The notes below the pieces were generated by a model. That model saw only the letters and a program-made list of their open reading frames with translations, ran no database searches and was not told the DNA's origin. A stretch of DNA of 64,000 nucleotides from Macrostomum hystrix (lineage: Eukaryota > Animalia > Platyhelminthes). The stretch lies in contig CATNEN010000002.1 in the NCBI GenBank assembly GCA_950097015.1, positions 5,022,001 to 5,086,000 on the forward strand, in the 5' to 3' direction. How positions within the stretch are numbered: the first letter of the stretch is position 1; each line of letters opens with the position of its first letter. The translations under genes were made by a program, and so were the position numbers. This document shows, piece by piece, positions 36,918-50,442 of this stretch.

Positions 36918-39900
36918 TCTAGACATCAGACTAGATACTCTAGACATCAGACTAGATACTCTAGATATCAGACTAGATACTCTAGACATCCGACTAGATA
37001 CTCTAGATATCAGACTAGATACTCTAGACATCAGACTAGATACTCTAGATATCAGACTAGATACTCTAGACATCAGACTAGATACTCTAGACATCAGACT
37101 AGATACTCTAGACATCAGACTAGATACTCTAGATATCAGACTAGATACTCTAGACATCAGACTAGATACTCTAGATATCAGACTAGATACTCTAGACATC
37201 AGACTAGATACTCTAGATATCAGACTAGATACTCTAGACATCAGACTAGATACTCTAGATATCAGACTAGATACTCTAGACATCAGACTAGATACTCTAG
37301 ATATCAGACTAGATACTCTAGATATCAGACTAGATACTCTAGACATCAGACTAGATACTCTAGACAAGAGGCTAGATACTCTAGATATCAGACTAGATAC
37401 TCTAGATATCAGACTAGATACTCTAGATATCAGGCTAGATACTCTAGACATCAGACTAGATACTCTAGATATCAGACTAGATACTCTAGATATCAGACTA
37501 GATACTCTAGATATCAGACTAGATACTCTAGACATCAGGCTAGATACTCTAGACATCAGACTAGATACTCTAGATATCAGACTAGATACTCTAGACATCA
37601 GACTAGATACTCTTGACAAGAGGCTAGATACTCTAGATATCAGACTAGATACTCTAGACATCAGACTAGATACTCTAGACATCAGACTAGATACTCTAGA
37701 TATCAGACTAGATACTCTAGACATCAGACTAGATACTCTAGACAAGAGGCTAGATACTCTAGATATCAGACTAGATACTCTAGATATCAGACTAGATACT
37801 CTAGATATCAGACTAGATACTCTAGATATCAGACTAGATACTCTAGACGTCAAGCTAGATACTCTAGATATCAGACTAGATACTCTAGATATCAGACTAG
37901 ATACTCTAGACATCAGACTAGATACTCTAGACATCAGACTAGATACTCTAGACATCAGACTAGATACTCTAGACATCAGACTAGATACTCTAGACATCAG
38001 ACTAGATACTCTAGATATCAGACTAGATACTCTAGACATCAGACTAGATACTCTAGACATCAGACTAGATACTCTAGATATCAGACTAGATACTCTAGAC
38101 ATCAGACTAGATACTCTAGACATCAGACTAGATACTCTAGACAAGAGGCTAGATACTCTAGATATCAGACTAGATAATCTAGATATCAGACTTCATACTA
38201 TAGATATCAGACTAGAAACTTTAGACAACAGACTAGATACACTAGACATCAGACTAGATACACTAGACAACAGACTAGATACACTAGACATCAGACTAGA
38301 TACACTAGACAACAGACTAGATACTCTAGATATCAGACTAGATACTCTAGATATCAGACTAGATACTCTAGACATCAGACTAGATACTCTAGACAAGAGG
38401 CTAGATACTCTAGATATCAGACTAGATACTCTAGACATCAGACTAGATACTCTAGATATCAGACTAGATACTCTAGACATCAGACTAGATACTCTAGATA
38501 TCAGACTAGATACTCTAGACATCAGACTAGATACTCTAGACAAGAGGCTAGATACTCTAGATATCAGACTAGATACTCTAGATATCAGACTAGATACTCT
38601 AGATATCAGACTAGATACTCTAGACGTCAGACTAGATACTCTAGATATCAGACTAGATACTCTAGATATCAGACTAGATACTCTAGACATCAGACTAGAT
38701 ACTCTAGATATCAGACTAGATACTCTAGACATCAGACTAGATACTCTAGATATCAGACTAGATACTCTAGACATCAGACTAGATACTCTAGATATCAGAC
38801 TAGATACTCTAGACATCAGACTAGATACTCTAGACAAGAGGCTAGATACTCTAGATATCAGACTAGATACTCTAGATATCAGACTAGATACTCTAGATAT
38901 CAGACTAGATACTCTAGACGTCAGACTAGATACTCTAGATATCAGACTAGATACTCTAGATATCAGACTAGATACTCTAGACATCAGACTAGATACTCTA
39001 GACATCAGACTAGATACTCTAGACATCAGACTAGATACTCTAGACATCAGACTAGATACTCTAGACATCAGACTAGATACTCTAGATATCAGACTAGATA
39101 CTCTAGACATCAGACTAGATACTCTAGACATCAGACTAGATACTCTAGATATCAGACTAGATACTCTAGACATCAGACTAGATACTCTAGACATCAGACT
39201 AGATACTCTAGACAAGAGGCTAGATACTCTAGATATCAGACTAGATACTCTAGATATCAGACTAGATACTCTAGATATCAGACTAGATACTCTAGACGTC
39301 AGACTAGATACTCTAGATATCAGACTAGATACTCTAGATATCAGACTAGATACTCTAGACATCAGACTAGATACTCTAGACATCAGACTAGATACTCTAG
39401 ACATCAGACTAGATACTCTAGACATCAGACTAGATACTCTAGACATCAGACTAGATACTCTAGACATCAGACTAGATACTCTAGACATCAGACTAGATAC
39501 TCTAGACATCAGACTAGATACTCTAGATATCAGACTAGATACTCTAGACATCAGACTAGATACTCTAGATATCAGACTAGATACTCTAGACATCAGACTA
39601 GATACTCTAGATATCAGACTAGATACTCTAGACATCAGACTAGATACTCTAGATATCAGACTAGATACTCTAGATATCAGACTAGATACTCTAGACATCA
39701 GACTAGATACTCTAGACAAGAGGCTAGATACTCTAGATATCAGACTAGATACTCTAGATATCAGACTAGATACTCTAGATATCAGGCTAGATACTCTAGA
39801 CATCAGACTAGATACTCTAGATATCAGACTAGATACTCTAGATATCAGACTAGATACTCTAGATATCAGACTAGATACTCTAGACATCAGGCTAGATACT

Positions 39901-42900
39901 CTAGACATCAGACTAGATACTCTAGATATCAGACTAGATACTCTAGACATCAGACTAGATACTCTAGACAAGAGGCTAGATACTCTAGATATCAGACTAG
40001 ATACTCTAGACATCAGACTAGATACTCTAGACATCAGACTAGATACTCTAGATATCAGACTAGATACTCTAGACATCAGACTAGATACTCTAGACAAGAG
40101 GCTAGATACTCTAGATATCAGACTAGATACTCTAGATATCAGACTAGATACTCTAGATATCAGACTAGATACTCTAGACGTCAGACTAGATACTCTAGAT
40201 ATCAGACTAGATACTCTAGATATCAGACTAGATACTCTAGACATCAGACTAGATACTCTAGACATCAGACTAGATACTCTAGACATCAGACTAGATACTC
40301 TAGACATCAGACTAGATACTCTAGACATCAGACTAGATACTCTAGATATCAGACTAGATACTCTAGACATCAGACTAGATACTCTAGACATCAGACTAGA
40401 TACTCTAGATATCAGACTAGATACTCTAGACATCAGACTAGATACTCTAGACATCAGACTAGATACTCTAGACAAGAGGCTAGATACTCTAGATATCAGA
40501 CTAGATAATCTAGATATCAGACTTCATACTATAGATATCAGACTAGAAACTTTAGACAACAGACTAGATACACTAGACATCAGACTAGATACACTAGACA
40601 ACAGACTAGATACACTAGACATCAGACTAGATACACTAGACAACAGACTAGATACTCTAGATATCAGACTAGATACTCTAGATATCAGACTAGATACTCT
40701 AGACATCAGACTAGATACTCTAGACAAGAGGCTAGATACTCTAGATATCAGACTAGATACTCTAGACATCAGACTAGATACTCTAGATATCAGACTAGAT
40801 ACTCTAGACATCAGACTAGATACTCTAGATATCAGACTAGATACTCTAGACATCAGACTAGATACTCTAGACAAGAGGCTAGATACTCTAGATATCAGAC
40901 TAGATACTCTAGATATCAGACTAGATACTCTAGATATCAGACTAGATACTCTAGACAGTCAGACTAGATACTCTAGATATCAGACTAGATACTCTAGATA
41001 TCAGACTAGATACTCTAGACATCAGACTAGATACTCTAGATATCAGACTAGATACTCTAGACATCAGACTAGATACTCTAGATATCAGACTAGATACTCT
41101 AGACATCAGACTAGATACTCTAGATATCAGACTAGATACTCTAGACATCAGACTAGATACTCTAGACAAGAGGCTAGATACTCTAGATATCAGACTAGAT
41201 ACTCTAGATATCAGACTAGATACTCTAGATATCAGACTAGATACTCTAGACGTCAGACTAGATACTCTAGATATCAGACTAGATACTCTAGATATCAGAC
41301 TAGATACTCTAGACATCAGACTAGATACTCTAGACATCAGACTAGATACTCTAGACATCAGACTAGATACTCTAGACATCAGACTAGATACTCTAGACAT
41401 CAGACTAGATACTCTAGATATCAGACTAGATACTCTAGACATCAGACTAGATACTCTAGACATCAGACTAGATACTCTAGATATCAGACTAGATACTCTA
41501 GACATCAGACTAGATACTCTAGACATCAGACTAGATACTCTAGACAAGAGGCTAGATACTCTAGATATCAGACTAGATACTCTAGATATCAGACTAGATA
41601 CTCTAGATATCAGACTAGATACTCTAGACGTCAGACTAGATACTCTAGATATCAGACTAGATACTCTAGATATCAGACTAGATACTCTAGACATCAGACT
41701 AGATACTCTAGACATCAGACTAGATACTCTAGACATCAGACTAGATACTCTAGACATCAGACTAGATACTCTAGACATCAGACTAGATACTCTAGATATC
41801 AGACTAGATACTCTAGACATCAGACTAGATACTCTAGACATCAGACTAGATACTCTAGATATCAGACTAGATACTCTAGACATCAGACTAGATACTCTAG
41901 ACATCAGACTAGATACTCTAGACAAGAGGCTAGATACTCTAGATATCAGACTAGATAATCTAGATATCAGACTTCATACTATAGATATCAGACTAGAAAC
42001 TTTAGACAACAGACTAGATACACTAGACATCAGACTAGATACACTAGACAACAGACTAGATACACTAGACATCAGACTAGATACACTAGACAACAGACTA
42101 GATACTCTAGATATCAGACTAGATACTCTAGATATCAGACTAGATACTCTAGACATCAGACTAGATACTCTAGACAAGAGGCTAGATACTCTAGATATCA
42201 GACTAGATACTCTAGACATCAGACTAGATACTCTAGATATCAGACTAGATACTCTAGACATCAGACTAGATACTCTAGATATCAGACTAGATACTCTAGA
42301 CATCAGACTAGATACTCTAGACAAGAGGCTAGATACTCTAGATATCAGACTAGATACTCTAGATATCAGACTAGATACTCTAGATATCAGACTAGATACT
42401 CTAGACGTCAGACTAGATACTCTAGATATCAGACTAGATACTCTAGATATCAGACTAGATACTCTAGACATCAGACTAGATACTCTAGATATCAGACTAG
42501 ATACTCTAGACATCAGACTAGATACTCTAGATATCAGACTAGATACTCTAGACATCAGACTAGATACTCTAGATATCAGACTAGATACTCTAGACATCAG
42601 ACTAGATACTCTAGACAAGAGGCTAGATACTCTAGATATCAGACTAGATACTCTAGATATCAGACTAGATACTCTAGATATCAGACTAGATACTCTAGAC
42701 GTCAGACTAGATACTCTAGATATCAGACTAGATACTCTAGATATCAGACTAGATACTCTAGACATCAGACTAGATACTCTAGACATCAGACTAGATACTC
42801 TAGACATCAGACTAGATACTCTAGACATCAGACTAGATACTCTAGACATCAGACTAGATACTCTAGATATCAGACTAGATACTCTAGATATAGACTAGAT

Positions 42901-43719
42901 ACTCTAGACGTCAGACTAGATACTCTAGATATCAGACTAGATTACTCTAGATATCAGACTAGATACTCTAGACATCAGGACTAGATACTCTAGACATCAG
43001 ACTAGATACTCTAGACATCAGACTAGATACTCTAGACATCAGACTAGATACTCTAGACATCAGACTAGATACTCTAGATATCAGACTAGATACTCTAGAC
43101 ATCAGACTAGATACTCTAGACATCAGACTAGATACTCTAGATATCAGACTAGATACTCTAGACATCAGACTAGATACTCTAGACATCAGACTAGATACTC
43201 TAGACAAGAGGCTAGATACTCTAGATATCAGACTAGATACTCTAGATATCAGACTAGATACTCTAGATATCAGACTAGATACTCTAGACGTCAGACTAGA
43301 TACTCTAGATATCAGACTAGATACTCTAGATATCAGACAGATACTCTAGACATCAGACTAGATACTCTAGACATCAGACTAGATACTCTAGACATCAGAC
43401 TAGATACTCTAGACATCAGACTAGATACTCTAGACATCAGACTAGATACTCTAGATATCAGACTAGATACTCTAGACATCAGACTAGATACTCTAGACAT
43501 CAGGACTAGATACTCTAGATATCAGACTAGATACTCTAGACATCAGACTAGATACTCTAGACATCAGACTAGATACTCTAGACAAGAGGCTAGATACTCT
43601 AGATATCAGACTAGATACTCTAGATATCAGACTTCATACTATAGATATCAGACTAGAAACTTTAGACAACAGACTAGATACACTAGACATCAGACTAGAT
43701 ACACTAGACAACAGACTAG
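36918..43719. repeat. 6.8-kb 21-bp satellite with higher-order blocks
   Basis: (TAGATACTCTAGA[C/T]ATCAGAC)n, about 320 units. Confidence 0.98.
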
Positions 43720-43794
43720 ATTTGAGACTATTATACTACTTTTGTCAATCACTCTACCAGTCACTCTACTCTCTCGCTTCAGCCAATAGCCATA

Positions 43795-46700
43795 ATGTTC
43801 GGCCAAGAATTCGTATCGACATCAACAAGTCAGCAACAGCCGGATGATTCTGTTTCCCTTCCTTTGCCGCCAGTCACACCCGGAAGCTGCCTCGCAGCTG
43901 CTTGGTCATCTCTAGGCCCAGCTGTCACCGTGTTCAAAGCGGCCACCGTGCCGCCGCCATCGTCTGGCGCGGTCAGCGGCGACCTCATCGAATGCCGCTG
44001 GTCCACAGAATTTCACGACAATGACACACTGCGGCGCCTAGCCGCCGAGTCGCACCGGGTGTTTCTTACCTGCCAGCGACTGGTTGAGGCAAGCCAGACT
44101 CAGGTTAGTCTGTGAACACTGGAAACTAATTCTTATTTGTCAGTTATGTGTATTTTCTTTTGGCATAATTATGTTTTAATCTTGGCCTATTGATCTTCTA
44201 ATGACATCGCTGTTATGACCCTAATTTTCAAACCCTGTCCTATAATGACCCTCATGACCCTCTAATCGTCATTACCATAATGAGCTAAATCTTTATGACC
44301 CTGTCCAATAATGACCTAATCTTCAAGGCAAGTCCTTATCTTTACTAACCCTGCCATAGTGACCCTAATCTTCGCTAGCCCTGTTATAATGACCCAGTCC
44401 TAATGACCCAGTCCTAATGACCCTGACCTAAGGACAATAATCGTCACTAACCCTGCCATAATTACCCTTATCTTCGCTAGCCCTGTTATAATGACCCTTA
44501 TCTCCGTGACCCAGTCCTTTTTTTAATTGCAGGAGGGCTGCAGCACTGGTACATCATTTGGTGACACTAGATCCACAGCCAGCGAGGAGACAATTCTGCC
44601 CATTTCGCTGACTCCTGAGCACACACGCTCACACGGGTGTGTACATCTGCCCTGACTTTCTCATTGTCTGGTAGTGTACACTTTACTATGCCTTGGAGGC
44701 TGGCCCCCAAGCCTTCTCTCCGCGGCTGCGCCCCAAATAAATGTGACCTCGCCGAGGAATCAAACTTAGGAACCGTGGTGCGAGAGACAAACGCGTTAAC
44801 CGCTCTGCCACCGACTCCCAGTCCTAGTCCTAGTGACCCAGTCCTAATGACCCTAATATATAACTTTCCCTATAAACAATTTCTAATCACTCAGCCACGC
44901 CTGATGAAGTCAATTGCCAACAGATGTATCTTCTGTAAACCGCAGGGTGCACCCGAAGTTCGCGAGGCCTACCTCCGCTGCAGCAAGGAATACCGGGCCT
45001 TAATGCACGACTGCACCGCTGAACTCCTGGCCTCTGCGTCCGCGGCTGAGCCGACTGACCAGGAAGCTGCTGCTTTCTTAGAAAACCAGGCCCAGCTGCT
45101 GGCCACGTGCCAGATTCTGTGGCACCTGACTGAGATCCTATGGGTGTCCCCCAGGTACCAGGGCGCTGCTGCAGCTCCGCAGACACTGCTGGAGCTGGTT
45201 GACTGGGCCCGGCTTCACTGTGCTCAACCCGATGACTGGATCGCCGAACTGCTCAACCAATCCGGCAGCGAGGCTCCCGAACTGCTGCCCAGATTCTGGG
45301 ACTCCGTCTATCTGCTGGTGCTGCAAGTATGCTCAACTCAGCTCACCTGTCTATCCTCCCTGCTTCCCTCTTTCTTCTCCACTGTTCCCCTCCTTCTCAC
45401 TTCTGTTCCCCTCCTTCTCACTTCTGTTCCCCTCCTTCTCACTTCTGTTCCCCTCCTTCTCACTTCTGTTCCCCTCCTTCTCACTTCTGTTCCCCTCCTT
45501 CTCACTTCTGTTCCCCTCCTTCTCACTTCTGTTCCCCTCCTTCTCACTTCTGTTCCCCTCCTTCTCACTTCTGTTCCCCTCCTTCTCACTTCTGTTCCCC
45601 TCCTTCTCACTTCTGTTCCCCTCCTTCTCACTTCTGTTCCCCTCCTTCTCACTTCTGTTCCCCTCCTTCTCACTTCTGTTCCCCTCCTTCTCACTTCTGT
45701 TCCCCTCCTTCTCACTTCTGTTCCCCTCCTTCTCACTTCTGTTCCCCTCCTTCTCACTTCTGTTCCCCTCCTTCTCACCCTACTGTTCCCCCCTTCTGCC
45801 CCTCTGTTCCCCTCCTCTTACTCCGTTCCCCTCCTGCCCCTCTGTTCCCCTCCTCTTACTCCGTTCCCCTCCTGCCCCTCTGTTCCCCTCCCTCTCACTT
45901 CTGTTCCCCTCCTCACTTCTGTTCCCCTCCTGCCCCTCTGTTCCCCTCCTTCTCACCTCTGTTCCCCTCCTTCTGCCCCTCTGTTCCCCTCCTCTTCCTC
46001 TGTTCCCCTCCTTCTCACCTCTGTTTCCTCCTTCTCACCTCTGTTCCCCTCCTTCTCACCTCTGTTCCCCTCCTTCTGCCCCTCTCTTCCCCTCCTCTTC
46101 CTCTGTTCCCCTCCTTCTCACCTCTGTTCCCCTCCTTCTGCCCCTCTGTTCCCCTCCTCTTCCTCTGTTCCCCTCCTTCTCACCTCTGTTTCCTCCTTCT
46201 CACCTCTGTTCCCCTCCTTCTCACCTCTGTTCCCCTCCTTCTCACCTCCGTTCCCCTCCTTCTCACCTCCGTTCCCCTCCTTCTCACCTCTGTTCCCCTC
46301 CTTCTCACCTCTGTTCCCCTCCTTCTCACCTCTGTTCCCCTCCTTCTCACCTCTGTTCCCCTCCTTCTCACCTCCGTTCCCCTCCTTCTCACCTCTGTTC
46401 CCCTCCTTCTCACCTCTGTTCCCCTCCTTCTCACCTCTGTTCCCCTCCTTCTCACCTCTTTTCCCCTCCTTCTCACCTCCGTTCCCCTCCTTCTCACCTC
46501 TTTTCCCCTCCTTCTCACCTCTGTTCCCCTCCTTCTCACCTCTGTTCCCCTCCTTCTCACCTCTTTTCCCCTCCTTCTCACCTCTGTTCCCCTCCTTCTC
46601 CATCTTTCTCACCTCTCCGACCGTTTTTTCATCCTATTCGACCGCAATGTCGCCCTCATAATGAACCGCAGGGCCGCACTGTGGACGCCCGCAACCTGCT

Positions 46701-48315
46701 GTCGCAGCACTCCCAGTCTGGCCGGCTTCAGCAGCTCAAAGACGCCATGGAGCTGTTGAACATGCCCAAGTACAGCTTCGTCCGCGGCAGTCATTCTGTT
46801 CGCGAATTCGACGTCGCCCACTGCCTCTGGCAGAAGGATGTCCGCGTCCGCCTGGAGGCCGGCCTGTTCTCCGCGCACCCACAGCTGGAGCTCCTTGTTG
46901 AACTGCTGGCTGGCGATGAGGATGCCTTCACCAGGCCGGACATTGTCCGACTGTGCAGCTCCTGGTACCAGCTGCTGCTAGCCAGGCTGCTGCTGACTAA
47001 CCCGACTGGCTCCCTGGAATGCCTGGGTCGCGAGGCCCCAGAAGCTGAAGCCGTCTATCGGCGCCAAGTCGGCGACGCGTCGCCGTTGGACAGTCTGCTG
47101 ATTCGCCAGCTGCTGGACGGCCAGCTGGGCCAGTTTCTGGTCGAAGCCGCCGGCTGCCTCGGCGCCAACTGGTGGTTTGTGGCGCACCTGGCCGACCTGC
47201 TGCACCACTGCCTGGCTGGAGCCAGTGAGAACTGCGGCTTCCTGGGAGCCATCCGCGAGCACTTCCTGCTTGAGTATGCTCACAGCATGCTGGGCCGGGC
47301 TGGTCTGTGGCAACTGGCGATCAGCTACCTGGACTATTGCCCGAACTATGGAAGGCATTACCAGGTGAGACTGCTTGGCATTGATTCCCAGAATCCCCAT
47401 AGATCAACGTTTCCCAAATCGAAACCCACCTAAATCTCCCATTATCTATCTCTAACCTGCACAAATCTCATAAGATCCTCACCTGCCTAAACCTCCTAAA
47501 ATCCTCGCCTGCCTAAATCTCCCATGGAATTAAAAAATCCCCATTCTCCCATCTCCGCCAGGAGGCAATCCTGGTCCGCGTGCCCCCGGATTCGCAGCGG
47601 CAGTCGGAGCAGCTCTTCGCCGCTTGCCAGTCACGCGGCCTCCTGGACGCCGGCAACACTATCGCGCGCTCCGTGGCTCGTCGTGCCCTTGACAACGGTT
47701 GCCTAGGCAACGCGCTCACCTGGGCGGTGCGAGCTCGCGATCCGCGCCTTGTCGCCGCCATCGCCGATCGATTCCTGCTGGGAGCCGCCGGCGACACTGC
47801 CGGCCTAACGCGAGCCGCATCTGCTGACGCTCTTGACTGCTTAGCAACCAGCGCCCTGCTTAGCAACAGGATGGCCTTCCTGTGCCAGTACAAGCTGTTC
47901 CACGACCGGGTCTCGGCAGGACAGCTGGCTGAAGCAGCCGACGTTGCCGCTCAATTATTGAGCTCGAGAATGATTCCCAGGTGAGCTAAATTATCGATCA
48001 GCCGATATGTATCGAAATATTCGTTACTATTGGGCTATTGCTTACTGGTTCTTTGCTAAACGGAATGCGTAATTTCCAATTTTCCCTTCCGCTGTATGCA
48101 GGCGCTACTGGCTGTCACTGCTGCAGGACTGCCTGCCTCTCCTGGAGCTGCGCCACCAGTCAGTGTTCACCTCCGCCCAGGTGTTCGACCTCATGCACGC
48201 ACTGGCTGAGCTGCGGCAGGCCGGCTGCGCGCCCGCTGACCGTCTGGCTGTGGTGCAGGCCTCCCTAAGTGACGCCCTGCGCAGGGCCATGATAGACGAA
48301 AACTTCCAGTCTTGA
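43795..48315 (+). CDS. NUP85: Nucleoporin Nup85
   Basis: CSKEYRALMHDC, QILWHLTEILW, WWFVAHLADLLHHC, REHFLLEYAHSM...LWQLAISYLDYCP, YWLSLLQDCLPLLE. Exons 43795-44103, 44946-45326, 46672-47364, 47562-47980, 48102-48315. Confidence 0.93.
44200..44870. repeat. Degenerate TAATGACCC-based repeat, interrupted by a SINE
   Basis: Recurring (T)AATGACCC(AGTCC) on both sides of the SINE. Confidence 0.65.
44519..44816 (-). mobile_element. SINE family A copy in NUP85 intron 1
   Basis: Homologous to 34103-34560; A-rich tail; TSD CCCAGTCCT (44510-44518, 44817-44825). Confidence 0.82.
45385..46615. repeat. 21-bp polypyrimidine minisatellite in NUP85 intron 2
   Basis: TTCTGTTCCCCTCCTTCTCAC and variants. Confidence 0.95.
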
Positions 48316-48324
48316 ATCACATTT

Positions 48325-49930
48325 GACCATCTGTCAGTTTAGGTTCCAAGCTTACAGGTTGGGTTCCTAGATTTCAGTTTATGTTCCACGCTGTCAGTTT
48401 AGGTTCCAAACTCTCAGTTTAGGTTCCAAACTCTCAGTTTAGGTTTCAAGCTTACAGGTTGGGTTCCAGGATTTCGGTTTAGGTTCCACTGCCAGTTTAG
48501 GTCCCGATGTGTCAGTTTAGGTTCTAGGCTTTAAGTTTAGGTTCCTTTCTGTCAGTGTAGGTTCCAAGTTGTTAGTTTTGTTTCCATGATGTCAGTTTAG
48601 GTTTTATGCTGTCAGTTTAGCCCCAAAGATGTCAGTTCAGGTTCTTTACTGTCGATTTAGATTCCATACTCTCAGTTTAGGTTCCGAGCTGTCTGTTTAG
48701 GTTCAAAGCTGTTAGTTTAGGTTCCAGGCTGTCAGTTTAGGTTCAATGCTGTCAGTTTAGGTTCAATGCTGTCAGTTTAAGTTCAACGCTGTCAGTTTAG
48801 GTTCATTGCTGTCAGTTTAGGTTCAGTGCTGTCAGTTTAGGTTCAATGCTGTTAGTTTAAGTTCAATGCTGTCACTTTAGGTTCAGTGCTGTCAGTTTAG
48901 GTTCCAGGCTGTCAGTTTAGGTTCAATGCTGTCAGTTTAGGTTCAATGCTGTCAGTTTAAGTTCAACGCTGTCAGTTTAGGTTCATTGCTGTCAGTTTAG
49001 GTTCAGTGCTGTCAGTTTAGGTTCAATGCTGTTAGTTTAAGTTCAATGCTGTCACTTTAGGTTCAGTGCTGTCAGTTTAGGTTCCAGGCTGTCAGTTTAG
49101 GTTCAATGCTGTCAGTTTAGGTTCAATGCTGTCAGTTTAGGTTCAATGCTGTCAGTTTAGGTTCAATGCTGTCAGTTTAGGTTCCATACTGTCAGTTTAG
49201 GTTCCATACTGTCAGTTTAGGTTCCATACCGTCAGTTTAGGTTCAATGCTGTCAGTTAAAGTTCAACGCTGTCAGTTTAGGTTCCAGGCTGTCAGTTTAG
49301 GTTCAATGCTGTCAGTTTAGGTTCAATGCTGTCAGTTTAAGTTAAATGCTGTCAGTTTAAGTTTAATGCTGTCAGTTTCGGTTCAATGCTGTCAGTTTCG
49401 GTTCAATGCTGTCAGTTTCGGTTCAATGCTGTCAGTTTAGGTTCCATACTGTCAGTTTAGGTTTCATACTGTCAGTTTAGGTTCCATACTGTCAGTTTAG
49501 GTTCCATACTGTCAGTTTAGGTTCCATACTGTCAGTTTAGGTTCCATACTGTCAGTTTAGGTTCCATACCGTCAGTTTAGGTTCAATGCTGTCAGTTAAA
49601 GTTCAACGCTGTCAGTTTAGGTTCAATGCTGTCAGTTTAGGTTCAATGCTGTCAGTTTAGGTTCAATGCTGTCAGTTTAAGTTAAATGCTGTCAGTTTCG
49701 GTTCAATGCTGTCAGTTTCGGTTCAATGCTGTCAGTTTCGGTTCAATGCTGTCAGTTTAGGTTCCATACTGTCAGTTTAGGTTTCATACTGTCAGTTTAG
49801 GTTCCATACTGTCAGTTTAGGTTCCATACTGTCAGTTTAGGTTCCATACTGTCAGTTTAGGTTCCAGGCTGTCAGTTTAGGTTCCATACTGTCAGTTTAG
49901 GTTCCATACTCTCAGTTAGGGTTCCAAGCT
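48325..49930. repeat. 20-bp minisatellite directly after the NUP85 stop
   Basis: GCTGTCAGTTTAGGTTCAAT. Confidence 0.95.
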
Positions 49931-50442
49931 GTTTGATGCTCTAACGACTAAGTTGTTGCAATGTGAACTGTTTTCGTATGTCTCGACTGTTGCTTACCAT
50001 AAATATGGTTCCGTATTTGTCATTTGCTGATTTATGTCCCAAGCTTGGGACCTTCGAGTTTGCATTTTCGCTTAAAGTTTAAGTTAGTAAATATTTTTTA
50101 ACAGAACTGACAGTCAATTTAGTTCCATCTTAGTCAAATTGTCAGCATACTACTAGCTACTTGATTTCGTCAGTGGATGCTTGTATCTGTTAATCGGCTG
50201 TATTTTCTAGTGTTTCTTGCATTTCACTGTGTCATTTCTTAGACTTTGTCAATCTGAATTAAACTTAATTTGTGTACCCGTGAACTTCATATTTGACACA
50301 TAATAAACTATTCTAATTTAATATTTCAAAATATTTGCAATTTTTTATAAGCCTTCAATTCAACACTGTTCTGGGGACATGAATATAGTAATTTATACCA
50401 TTGTCACATTTTTACGAGTCCTTTGCTATGGAAACATGAATG

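Noticed and set aside
36888-43207. Very long - strand ORFs of (MSRVSSL)n
   Set aside because: They arise because a 21-bp unit lacks stops in one frame; pure satellite translation with no unique coding context.
44637-47433. 674-aa and 744-aa ORFs as single proteins
   Set aside because: They chain NUP85 exons to a SINE and to stop-free pyrimidine repeats; splice sites explain the real frame.
48325-49930. Telomere-like TTAGG in the 20-bp unit
   Set aside because: One TTTAGG per 20-mer, not contiguous telomeric repeats.
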